Below are positions 17,875 to 26,969 of a DNA stretch of 64,000 nucleotides, one piece after another. Source of the stretch: Bdellovibrionota bacterium (GTDB lineage: Bacteria; Bdellovibrionota_G; JALEGL01; DATDPG01); the NCBI GenBank assembly GCA_963668355.1, contig OY764265.1:2240001-2304000 (forward strand). Direction: 5' to 3'. How positions within the stretch are numbered: position 1 is the stretch's first letter; each line of letters begins with the position of its first letter. Made by a program: the position numbers and the translations under genes. Below the pieces are notes generated by a model. The model was not told where the DNA came from. It ran no database searches and saw only the letters and a list, made by a program, of their open reading frames with translations.

Positions 17875-17886
17875 GGCCCCTCATAC

Positions 17887-17902
17887 AGCAATCCCTGTGC
17901 CA
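17887..17902 (-). promoter_or_regulatory. Sigma-54 (-24/-12) promoter
   Basis: TGGCAC-AGGGA-TTGCT, a consensus match directly upstream of the lipoprotein gene. Confidence 0.75.
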
Positions 17903-18099
17903 TTCGAAGGGTTAAAAAAACGAATGATTACAGACTCTTGGATGGGGTTCTTGAGAGAATGCCCGAGCGAGCGGGGAAAGCGTGTCCATACTGAGGCGCA
18001 AACGTCCTTTTCTTTCTGAATTCCAGGGGAACCCTTGTCATTCAACAGGAGAGAGGATATTCAAGGGCCCGAAAAATTTAATTCATCGGGAGAACATTC

Positions 18100-19800
18100 A
18101 TGTCGTTTCAGAAAAAGCTGGAAGAATTACTTGAACAGGCCGGAAGTCGAGTCCAATTGAACGCAACGCGAAAGAGTCTCATTGAGGCCGTGTTGAACCA
18201 TCGAGAAGCCGTTGCTTCTGCTTGTGGTGCGTTGGCTACATGGACCCCGGTTGAATCAACGGGCCGCTCTCCAAAAGATACCATGATTGTGAAACGTAAG
18301 GAGAGTGAAGGAAATGTGGATTGGGATGCCCCCAATAATATTCCCATTGAAGAAGGTACGTTCGATATGCTTTTGGAAGACGCATTGGCTGCGTTGGGAA
18401 AAAAGGATCGGATTTATGTGTCTGATCGTGCGGTGGGTGCGGATCCGGACTATGCTCTTCCGATTCGAACGGTTTCGGACAAGGCATTAACCGTTCTTTT
18501 TGCCGACAATATGTTTCGTCCGGTTTCGCCGGAACTTCGAAAATCCAAGTTTGCGGATCATGGCTTTACTCTGGTTGCTCTTCCCTATGAGAAACTGGAT
18601 CCGAAACGCTATGAAGGTCGTCTGCGTGTGGATCCCCGACTTGGACATACTTCCACCATGGCGATTGCGATGGACATGGATCGACGCATCGGCGTGGTTT
18701 ATGGCTCGGCCTATTGTGGGAGTGTGAAGAAAATGGTGTTCACGGTGATGAACTACCTTTTGCCCTTGAATGGCGTTCTTTCTTTGCATTGTTCAGCCAA
18801 TGAAGGTCCGGACGGGGATACGGCGCTTTTGTTAGGGTTGTCTGGAACCGGGAAGACCACCTTGTCTGCGGACCCTCGGCGAGCTCTCTTGGGGGATGAT
18901 GAACATGGTTGGAATGAAAACGGAATAGCGAACTTTGAGAACGGTTGTTACGCCAAATTGATCGATTTGAGTTCTGTCAAGGAGCCTGAAATCTATGAGG
19001 CCTGCTTTCATCAAGACCAGCCGGAGGAACATGGGGTGATCATCGAGAACGCCATGATGTATCCCGATGGAAACTTTGACCTGTTTGACACCCGTTTTAC
19101 TCCGAACTCTAGGGGTTCTTACCCCTTGTCTTTCCTTTCGAATGTAAAGGAACCTCCGGTGGGAAAACATCCCAAGACAATCATTTTTTTGACGGCGGAT
19201 GCAAATGGAGTGTTGCCTCCGGTGGCCAAATTGGATCGGGCTCAAACCATGTTGTGGTTTCTATTGGGCTACACCAGTAAATTGGCGGGAACGGAAACCG
19301 GTGTTGTGGATCCCGTTTCGACGTTTTCTCGTTTCTTTGGGGCTCCCTTTATGCCATTGCTTCCGGATATGTATGCAAAAATGCTGGGTGAGAAGCTCGA
19401 CCGGCATGGAACAGATGTTTACCTCGTCAATACCGGCTGGAGTGGCGGTCCTTACGGCGTGGGTGAGCGAATGGATATTGATTTGACCCGGGCCATCGTA
19501 AACGGGGCACTTTCGGGGGATCTGAAAAATGTTGAGTATGAGAACGATCCTCTTTTCCACTTGGCGGTGCCCAAGAGTTGCCCTGGGGTCTCGGATTCTC
19601 AGGTTCTAAACCCAAGAAGTACCTGGAAAGACCCCAAGGAATATGATCAGCGGGCGCAAAAGTTGGCTTCCGAATTTGCCGAGCACTTTGACAAAGCCTA
19701 TGGGAAGAAGGGCCTTCCCCAAGAGATTGAGGCTTGTTGCCCAGGAAAGAAAAAAGAAAAGGCATCGGGCGCAACCTCCTCGGTTGTCACGGCTTTGTAG
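18100..19800 (+). CDS. pckA: Phosphoenolpyruvate carboxykinase (ATP)
   Basis: TGRSPKD, LHCSAN, GLSGTGKTTLSAD, GDDEHGW, NFENGCYAK, LVNTGW. Confidence 0.96.
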   Translation: MSFQKKLEELLEQAGSRVQLNATRKSLIEAVLNHREAVASACGALATWTPVESTGRSPKDTMIVKRKESEGNVDWDAPNNIPIEEGTFDMLLEDALAALGKKDRIYVSDRAVGADPDYALPIRTVSDKALTVLFADNMFRPVSPELRKSKFADHGFTLVALPYEKLDPKRYEGRLRVDPRLGHTSTMAIAMDMDRRIGVVYGSAYCGSVKKMVFTVMNYLLPLNGVLSLHCSANEGPDGDTALLLGLSGTGKTTLSADPRRALLGDDEHGWNENGIANFENGCYAKLIDLSSVKEPEIYEACFHQDQPEEHGVIIENAMMYPDGNFDLFDTRFTPNSRGSYPLSFLSNVKEPPVGKHPKTIIFLTADANGVLPPVAKLDRAQTMLWFLLGYTSKLAGTETGVVDPVSTFSRFFGAPFMPLLPDMYAKMLGEKLDRHGTDVYLVNTGWSGGPYGVGERMDIDLTRAIVNGALSGDLKNVEYENDPLFHLAVPKSCPGVSDSQVLNPRSTWKDPKEYDQRAQKLASEFAEHFDKAYGKKGLPQEIEACCPGKKKEKASGATSSVVTAL

Positions 19801-19859
19801 GCTAGGTGCCTACGGCGTTTTCGAATGATTCCCAGTAGATATGTAGTTATTTCTGGATT

Positions 19860-20705
19860 ATGATGAAACGCATGTCCTTCTCCGTACGTTTTTGGGGAGT
19901 TCGAGGGACCGTTGCGTGTGCCTCTCCTCAATATGTTCAGTTTGGTGGGAACACCTCGTGTGTTCAGGTGAAGATTGGGAATGAACAAATCATTCTCGAT
20001 GCAGGGACGGGAATACGAGAACTGGGTTCAGACTTTCTACGGAAAAACATTCGAAAAGCTTCCTTATTGTTAACGCACACGCATTGGGATCACATCAACG
20101 GATTTCCATTTTTCATTCCTGCGTTTCAAGAAGGAGGAACCTTTCGTGTGATGGCAGGGCATTTGACAGGTCAAGAAGGGGGAATTGAAAATGTCTTGGC
20201 TGGCCAAATGGCTGCTCCCTGGTTTCCGGTTCCCATTCAAACCATGAAAGCGGATTTGAGTTTTGAAAATTTTCGTGCCGGAGAACACTTTTCCTTGGGA
20301 GGAGATATTCAAGTTCGAACATGTGCCCTCAATCATCCCAATGGAGCCACCGCGTATCGAATTGAATCTCAGGGCTCTTCTCTCGCTTATGTTACGGATA
20401 CCGAGCATATACCCGGAAAGCCGGACGCGGCGATCTTGGAACTGATCGATGGGGTGGATTTGGTCATTTATGATTCGACCTATGCGGATGAAAATTTCCC
20501 GAAGTATGTGGGGTGGGGACATTCCACCTGGCAAGAGGGCGTGCGTCTGTGCCAAGCAGCAAAAGCGAAACGTTTGGTTCTTTTCCATCATGATCCCAAT
20601 AATGACGATTCGGTTATGGAAAAAATTGAAAAAGATGCCGAAAAGGTTTGGGATGGCATCTGTGTTGCTCGAGAAGGCATGGAGATTAAGTTAAAAGGAG
20701 ATTAG
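19860..20705 (+). CDS. MBL-fold metallo-hydrolase (RNase Z/cyclic-nucleotide phosphodiesterase-like)
   Basis: FWGVRGT, GGNTSCV, THTHWDH, GWGHSTW, LFHHDP. Confidence 0.9.
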   Translation: MMKRMSFSVRFWGVRGTVACASPQYVQFGGNTSCVQVKIGNEQIILDAGTGIRELGSDFLRKNIRKASLLLTHTHWDHINGFPFFIPAFQEGGTFRVMAGHLTGQEGGIENVLAGQMAAPWFPVPIQTMKADLSFENFRAGEHFSLGGDIQVRTCALNHPNGATAYRIESQGSSLAYVTDTEHIPGKPDAAILELIDGVDLVIYDSTYADENFPKYVGWGHSTWQEGVRLCQAAKAKRLVLFHHDPNNDDSVMEKIEKDAEKVWDGICVAREGMEIKLKGD

Positions 20706-20709
20706 AGAA

Positions 20710-21456
20710 ATGTACAAAGTGGTACTCCTGCGTCATGGGGAAAGTGTTTGGAACAAAGAAAATCGGTTCACGGGATGGGTAGATGTCGATCTGTCTGATC
20801 AAGGGATTCAAGAAGCTCACGAAGCTGGTAAGACCCTTCGAAAAGAAGGTTTTGAATTTGATGTTGCCCATACTTCTTTTTTGAAGCGAGCCATTCGAAC
20901 GCTTTGGATTACTTTGGACGAAATGGATCTCATGTGGATTCCTGTTTGTCGCTCTTGGCGATTGAATGAACGGTTTTATGGAGGCCTATCTGGACTCAAT
21001 AAAGCGGAGATGATGGAAAAACACGGGGAGGAGCAAGTTCATATCTGGAGACGTAGTTACGATACAAGGCCTCCGGCCCTGACGAAGGATAATCCTTATT
21101 TCCCCGGAAATGATCGAAGATACAAAGGGCTTTCCGAAGCACAGCTTCCGCTGACCGAATGTCTGAAGGACACGGTGGAAAGGTTTTTGCCTTACTGGAA
21201 AGAGACCATTTCTCCAGAAATCAAAGAGGGAAAACAAGTGATCATTGCGGCTCATGGAAATAGTCTAAGGGCTTTGGTGAAGCATTTGGATGAGGTGCCG
21301 GATGACGAGATCACGGGGCTAAATATTCCGACCGGCATTCCGTTGGTTTATGAACTGGATGAGCAGCTCAAACCCATAAAGCATTATTATTTGGGTGACC
21401 CGGACCGCGTAAAAGCCGCCCAAGATAAGGTCGCAAAACAACACCAAAGGAAATAG
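20710..21456 (+). CDS. gpmA: 2,3-bisphosphoglycerate-dependent phosphoglycerate mutase
   Basis: [27 protein letters not shown]. Confidence 0.96.
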   Translation: MYKVVLLRHGESVWNKENRFTGWVDVDLSDQGIQEAHEAGKTLRKEGFEFDVAHTSFLKRAIRTLWITLDEMDLMWIPVCRSWRLNERFYGGLSGLNKAEMMEKHGEEQVHIWRRSYDTRPPALTKDNPYFPGNDRRYKGLSEAQLPLTECLKDTVERFLPYWKETISPEIKEGKQVIIAAHGNSLRALVKHLDEVPDDEITGLNIPTGIPLVYELDEQLKPIKHYYLGDPDRVKAAQDKVAKQHQRK

Positions 21457-21460
21457 TTTT

Positions 21461-22387
21461 GTGAGGCGACTTGCGTTTATTCATCACCCTGTATGTGAGA
21501 TGCATAAAATGGGCGTGGTCCATCCGGAAAGCCCAGGCCGCTTGTATGCCATTCAGGAAGGATTGAAAAATAGCGGGATCTGGGAAAAACTGATCATGAA
21601 AGAAGCGCCTCGCGTTTCCCCGGATCTTTTGCCCTTGATTCACTCGGAAGAACACCTTGAACATTTGTATCGGAATGCCCCCGAAAAAGGTTTGTTTGAG
21701 GTGGACCCAGATACGCTTATGAATCAACATACGGTTGAGGCCGCTTGGCGAGCGGCCGGGTCCAGTGTTTTGGCGGTGGATATGGTTCTGGATGGGGACG
21801 TTGAGGGAGCCTTTTGCTCTGTTCGGCCTCCTGGGCATCATGCTGAGCGATCTCGTGCCATGGGCTTCTGTTTCATGAACAATGTAGCCCTAGCGGCGGC
21901 TTATGCATTGGAAAAGAGAGGTCTGGATCGAGTTGCGATCATCGATTTTGATGTTCATCACGGAAACGGGACTGAAGATATTCTCAAAGATGAAAAACGC
22001 ATTTTGATGTGTTCCATTTTTCGCCATCCCTTTTTTCCGGGAACGGGATGGATTTCGAATCAAAAAAACATGAAGCATGTTCCCTTAGACGTTGGAAGTG
22101 CCTCAGATCGACTCTTTGCTGCGGTGGAGGAGGTCTGGTTGCCTGCTTTGAAAGAGTTTCATCCGGAACTGATCGTGTTTTCAGCGGGTTTTGATGCTCA
22201 TGAGGATGATCCGATTGGTGGAATGAAGTTCAAGACCCAAGACTTTGCGTGGGTGACCCAAAAAGTGATGGAGGTTGCGGAAGCGTGTGGGCATCAACGT
22301 GTGGTATCGACTTTGGAAGGAGGTTATGATCTTTCGGCTTTGGGACAAAGTACTTCGGCCCATCTCTCCGTCTTGTTGCAAAGCTGA
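21461..22387 (+). CDS. Histone deacetylase family protein
   Basis: HPESP, RPPGHHA, GFCFMNN, DFDVHHGNGT, SAGFDAH, LEGGY. Confidence 0.93.
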   Translation: MRRLAFIHHPVCEMHKMGVVHPESPGRLYAIQEGLKNSGIWEKLIMKEAPRVSPDLLPLIHSEEHLEHLYRNAPEKGLFEVDPDTLMNQHTVEAAWRAAGSSVLAVDMVLDGDVEGAFCSVRPPGHHAERSRAMGFCFMNNVALAAAYALEKRGLDRVAIIDFDVHHGNGTEDILKDEKRILMCSIFRHPFFPGTGWISNQKNMKHVPLDVGSASDRLFAAVEEVWLPALKEFHPELIVFSAGFDAHEDDPIGGMKFKTQDFAWVTQKVMEVAEACGHQRVVSTLEGGYDLSALGQSTSAHLSVLLQS

Positions 22388-24631
22388 ATGATCATGACGG
22401 ACGAGCGACGCCAATCGACGCGGATTGAACGAAGAATCACGGTTTTCTTTGAAGTTCAGGGGAAAAAATATCGGGGCGTGATTCTCAATCTTTCCGAATG
22501 TGGTTTGTATCTTCAAACCGATCAAAAATTTCCTGAAGGAACGGAAATTTCTCTTCCCAATCCTTTGGGAGGACCGGAAGTGAATATTCTTAAGGGAAAG
22601 ATTGTTTGGGAGAAAGGGCTTTCTTCCTTTTTTCGTCCTTCGAAAATGCGTTCCGGAATGGGCGTTGCGTTGGAGGCGGCTCCTTTATCCTATATTCAGG
22701 CCATTCGACGTTTAAAGGACCAAACGTACCCCCCAGAAAAGCCTCGCCCGGAAGAACGATTTGAACTTTACCATCGCGTGTCTTTTACTTCTGAAGAAGA
22801 GTTTCTCACAGAATATACAGAAAATTTGAGTCGTGGAGGGATGTACGTCGCGACCGAAAAACAGCTTGAGCCTGGAACTGTAATTAAGGCTTCCATTGAT
22901 CTTCCGGGATTAAATGAACCCGTTCAGGTGGAAGGAAAAATTGCTTACTGTTTGGAGGGTGGAAACGCCGAGGAAAATGGTCGGAATCGAGGGGTGGGGG
23001 TTCAATTTATGAATCTGACGCTAGAAGCTCGAAGCCGTTTGAATCAATACATTTCTCGACTTGAAATTCACCGTTGCACCCCCGAGCGAAGGCGGGTGGA
23101 TTCACTTCCCGCTTTTGGCACGTTGACTGAGTATTTGGTTCCAGAAATATTGATTGCTTTGACGGAAGAACAAAACACAGGGGTTTTGCATTTAGAAAGT
23201 CGAGGGGTCACGAAGCGGGTGTATGTTCATAAAGGAAAACCCATTCATGTTGACTCTTCTCTAAGAAGCGAACGTTTGGGTCATTACTTATCCTATCGGG
23301 GAGTGTTAGCGCTGGAAAAAATCGGTCAATGGCTTCCTTTCATTGACTTGGATGACATCGAATTTTCAAAAAAAATGATTCATATGGACATGTTCGATCC
23401 GTCAACGACACTTTCCTTGGTGGTGGATTGCATTGAGGAACGGCTGATTTCTACCTTTTCGTGGTTCGAGGGGAATTTTGTGTTTTCGAAAGACACAAGC
23501 TGGCGCAAAAAGGTGAAAGCCGTGCCTGTTGAGACCTATCGAGTGGTTTTCCGAGGAATTGAAAGGTGGTACTCCCGTTTGGTTTTGAGTTCCTGGATGG
23601 GGATCACGGAAAATAGTCTTTTGAAAAAAAGAGAGCGACGAGAATTGAATGTTTTTTTTCCGAAGGTTGCTCGAGAGGCCTGGGAGGCTCTGGAAACACC
23701 TGTTTCATTGAAGCAATTGGCGGAAAAAATGTCCCTTCCGATAGACGACATCTTGCCGATTGCTTATGGATTGATCGTTTCAGGGTGGGTGAGTTTCGTT
23801 TTTCCCACCGAGGAAGCCAAAGAGGTTCGAGAAGATGACGCAGTAAAAGCTTCGATTCCTCTTAGTGTTCCTTTGAAAAAAGTACCCGTTAAAAAACCGT
23901 CTTCTGTGAATGTGGGTGAGCGATTGAAACAGCAAATTGAGGGAGACTTTGAACGGTTAAAACGTTTTGATTTATTTGAAATGCTGGGGGTTACTTCTAC
24001 AGCCACACCTGATGAAGTGAAAGTGGCTTATGAAGCTTGTAAGAAACGATATCGACCTGAAGAGATTGATGCCATTTCGGATGACGTTTTAAAGAAGAAA
24101 GCGGATCAGGTGTTGTCGTGGATTGAAGTCGCCCACAATACGCTTTGTGATACCGATTTTCGTGATGCCTACCGGAGTCAGCAGCAGGAAACGAACCTCT
24201 TACAGGGGAAGGAGACCGCCTGGGATGTCGAGCAGGCGTTGGCGATGGTATTGGTAGAGGTGGATCGAGGCGAAGTGGAGGAAGTGGTTCGAATTTTGGG
24301 TCAATTGAGAAAGGAACATCCTGAAAACTCGATTTTGGCCGGCTATTATGCATGGGCCATCTTTGAGATGAACCCGCTCGAAAACATGAAGAGCAGTGGA
24401 AATATGCTTGATGTTGCGATTGATAGAGATCCCTCTGATTCTCAGTTGGTGTATTTTCGGGGGAAGATTTTTGAGCGACAAAATCAATGGAAAAGTGCCA
24501 GGGTCTATTTTGAGAAAGCATTGAAACTGCAACCAGAATTTGAAAAAGCGCGGCAAGCATTGGTGTTGGTCAAAGAAAAAGAAGAAGATCAACTTCGAAT
24601 GGGGCAGGAACTAGGTCTTTTGGATTCTTGA
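22388..24631 (+). CDS. Multidomain protein: two PilZ domains, DUF4388-like domain, degenerate J domain, TPR
   Basis: RRQSTR...NLSECG; RPEERF...ENLSRGGMYV; J-like FEMLGV...YRPE; C-terminal TPR. Confidence 0.75.
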   Translation: MIMTDERRQSTRIERRITVFFEVQGKKYRGVILNLSECGLYLQTDQKFPEGTEISLPNPLGGPEVNILKGKIVWEKGLSSFFRPSKMRSGMGVALEAAPLSYIQAIRRLKDQTYPPEKPRPEERFELYHRVSFTSEEEFLTEYTENLSRGGMYVATEKQLEPGTVIKASIDLPGLNEPVQVEGKIAYCLEGGNAEENGRNRGVGVQFMNLTLEARSRLNQYISRLEIHRCTPERRRVDSLPAFGTLTEYLVPEILIALTEEQNTGVLHLESRGVTKRVYVHKGKPIHVDSSLRSERLGHYLSYRGVLALEKIGQWLPFIDLDDIEFSKKMIHMDMFDPSTTLSLVVDCIEERLISTFSWFEGNFVFSKDTSWRKKVKAVPVETYRVVFRGIERWYSRLVLSSWMGITENSLLKKRERRELNVFFPKVAREAWEALETPVSLKQLAEKMSLPIDDILPIAYGLIVSGWVSFVFPTEEAKEVREDDAVKASIPLSVPLKKVPVKKPSSVNVGERLKQQIEGDFERLKRFDLFEMLGVTSTATPDEVKVAYEACKKRYRPEEIDAISDDVLKKKADQVLSWIEVAHNTLCDTDFRDAYRSQQQETNLLQGKETAWDVEQALAMVLVEVDRGEVEEVVRILGQLRKEHPENSILAGYYAWAIFEMNPLENMKSSGNMLDVAIDRDPSDSQLVYFRGKIFERQNQWKSARVYFEKALKLQPEFEKARQALVLVKEKEEDQLRMGQELGLLDS

Positions 24632-24638
24632 GGGAGTT

Positions 24639-25202
24639 ATGATCGAACAACTGAATGACGTGTTTCTCTATAACGAGCAAAATCGCCTGAAAAAATTATC
24701 TGATTATTGGAAAGCATCGCCCGTTATTTTCGACTTTGTGCGACATTTTGGTTGACTGGTTTGCGGGGAACAAGTTGCGCAGTTGCGTGACATAAAAGAT
24801 CAGCTGGACGATTTGAATACGAACGTGGTGGTTGTTGGAAGTGGTTCTGTCGAGCAAGCGCGAGCGTTCAAGGAACATAATCAGACATCCTTCGAAATGT
24901 TGGTGGATCCAGAGCGCAAAGCTTATAAAGCCCTAAGCTTTCACAGGTCGGTATGGGGAAGCATTGGGTTTCGGGCCATAAAAAACCTTTGGAGGGCGTA
25001 TCGAGGGGGACATCACACCGGAAGGTTGCAAGGAGATCCCTGGCAGATGGGGGGTACGATTGTCTTGGTTCCTCCGGGGGAGGTCCTTTATCTTCATAAA
25101 AGTCGGTATTCCGGGGACCATGCCGATGTGGAAAAGATTTCCAAGGTTTTAAAGGAATATGCGGAGTCAATGACTCCAAAGCTTATTCCAGAAAATAATT
25201 GA
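24639..25202 (+). CDS. AhpC/TSA (PRXL2/SelU-like) thioredoxin-fold selenoprotein with UxxC; Sec at TGA 24753-24755
   Basis: GGGAG RBS and ATG 24639 are in frame with the 24783 ORF; reads FVRHFG-U-LVC-GEQVAQLRD; family motifs DPERKAYKAL and QGDPWQMGG. Confidence 0.8.
24774..24791 (+). promoter_or_regulatory. Candidate bacterial SECIS hairpin
   Basis: GTTGCGC-AGTT-GCGTGAC; apical loop starts 25 nt after the UGA and has G at position 2. Confidence 0.55.
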
Positions 25203-26868
25203 AGTCTTCGGCCTCTTCGGCATGCAAAAGCTCATAAGCATGCGCAGGAGATGCCGCATTAAAAAGTTCATGTTGAATCGTTAAATTGGTGGTTACCGCT
25301 CGTGCAATGGCTGCGAGGACCTCTAGGTGATGGTCGCGTTGAGATTCGGGCGTCGCCAAGAGAACGACACAGTGAATCGGCCGTCCATCTGGAGTTTGAA
25401 AGGGAAGGCCTTTTCGACTCAGGGCCATCACGCCATGAATCTCATCTCCTTCTTCCAGTGTCCCATGGGGTATGGATAAGCCATATCCCACACAGGTCGA
25501 CATTTCTTTTTCACGGTTCAAAATGTTTTGCAAAAGACGGTCGTGATCCACTTTTAAGTGATTCGAACGAATCAGTAAGTCGGTGAGTTTGGTGATGGTT
25601 TCTTCTTTTGTCTCTGCATAAAAATCAGTCACGATGTTTTCTTCATGAAGAAAGTCGATGAGGCGAGCTCGATCCTTTCCGGTTTCTCCCGACCAGGTAA
25701 GTGCCGCCCGAGTGGTTATGGGACCAATGATTTCACTGATGGTTACAACCGTCAGTCCAAGGGCTAGGAAGAGATCGCTGATTTCTTTGAGGGTAGGGTC
25801 TTGTTGGATGATCAAAATCAGTCCGATGGCGATTCCGGCTTGAGGTAATAGAGCCAGGCCAAGGAAACGTCTCACGCGTTCCGTGGCTCCGGCTAACGTC
25901 ATGGCCACAAAAGTTGAAACATTCTTACCTGTGAAACGCCCCAACACAGCAAATAGCGCTAATAATCCGGCAGGCTTAAGGTATTCAAAATCCAAATCCA
26001 TTCCGGCGATTGTGAAGAAAGCGGCAAGAATGGCGGGCTCAAATTGTTCAAACGGTTCTCCGGTTAAATGCTCGTTTCGAGGGTTTATGTTGACGAGCGT
26101 GACGCCTAAGAACATGCAGGCCAACAGCGGAGAAATATTGAGCGCGGATGCCGCCCCCCATGTGAGCAGAATCATAATTAAGGAAGCAATGGAGAGTCGA
26201 TTCCAACGAACCGTTAGCGGGGTTACGGAGTTGAAGAGGATTCCCAATGCAATTCCCAACCCGCCGGAGGTTGCCAGTTGGCGTAATGGCCGTATCCAAA
26301 GGTCTATCATTGTGTGTGGGGCGTTTGGGTCCAAACTGATTTGTACGGCAGCATGAACCGACTCGAATAGACACACGCACGCGATGTTGTTGAGTGCGAC
26401 GGCCGCAATGAGTGTTTTTACAAACACGCCTTTGGAGCGAGTTTCTTGGACCAAGGCCACTGTGGTGGCTGGCGCCGTGGCTAAGGAAATGGCTGCCATG
26501 AGGGCAGCGATCGACCAATGTTGTTCACTGACGAGTTCAATTCCAGAGTACACAAACAAGGGCACAAATATGATTTCGGCCAGAAGTAAAATGAGGAGTC
26601 TTCTTCCTGCATTTCGAAGGCGACGAAAGTGTAAATGAGCCCCGACGGTGAGTGCGATCATTCCGAGAGCGAATTCCGTGATGGGTTGAAGGCTTCCGAC
26701 CATGTGAGGATCGAAGAAACCCAGACCCGCGCGACCAATGAGTACGCCCACCAAAATTTGACCGGTCATGCTTGGGAGTCGGAGTTTCTTTGCGATTCCC
26801 CCCGCGGTCAATCCTGCGAGCAGAACGGTAGCAAGAACGAATAAGGGGTCAGGTTGAAAATTCAACAT
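25183..26868 (-). CDS. Cation:proton antiporter fused to a C-terminal PTS EIIA(Ntr/Fru-type) domain
   Basis: About 12 TM segments with ATAPATT and LLPQAGIAIGL; EIIA motif REKEMSTCVGYGLSIPHG. Confidence 0.85.
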   Translation of the reverse strand: MLNFQPDPLFVLATVLLAGLTAGGIAKKLRLPSMTGQILVGVLIGRAGLGFFDPHMVGSLQPITEFALGMIALTVGAHLHFRRLRNAGRRLLILLLAEIIFVPLFVYSGIELVSEQHWSIAALMAAISLATAPATTVALVQETRSKGVFVKTLIAAVALNNIACVCLFESVHAAVQISLDPNAPHTMIDLWIRPLRQLATSGGLGIALGILFNSVTPLTVRWNRLSIASLIMILLTWGAASALNISPLLACMFLGVTLVNINPRNEHLTGEPFEQFEPAILAAFFTIAGMDLDFEYLKPAGLLALFAVLGRFTGKNVSTFVAMTLAGATERVRRFLGLALLPQAGIAIGLILIIQQDPTLKEISDLFLALGLTVVTISEIIGPITTRAALTWSGETGKDRARLIDFLHEENIVTDFYAETKEETITKLTDLLIRSNHLKVDHDRLLQNILNREKEMSTCVGYGLSIPHGTLEEGDEIHGVMALSRKGLPFQTPDGRPIHCVVLLATPESQRDHHLEVLAAIARAVTTNLTIQHELFNAASPAHAYELLHAEEAEDFNYFLE

Positions 26869-26969
26869 AAAATCAATGTGTTGGAATTTTTATAGTCTAT
26901 CATGAAAAACTTAAAAACACCTAAACCAGGTTGTCAGGTTTGAAAAAGCCGTCTATCTTCCGCGCCAAC

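Noticed and set aside
24753..24755. Genome-wide UGA reassignment to Trp or Gly
   Set aside because: TGA terminates many genes here (e.g. 1719, 22387, 63838) and Trp is encoded by TGG; the read-through is site-specific.
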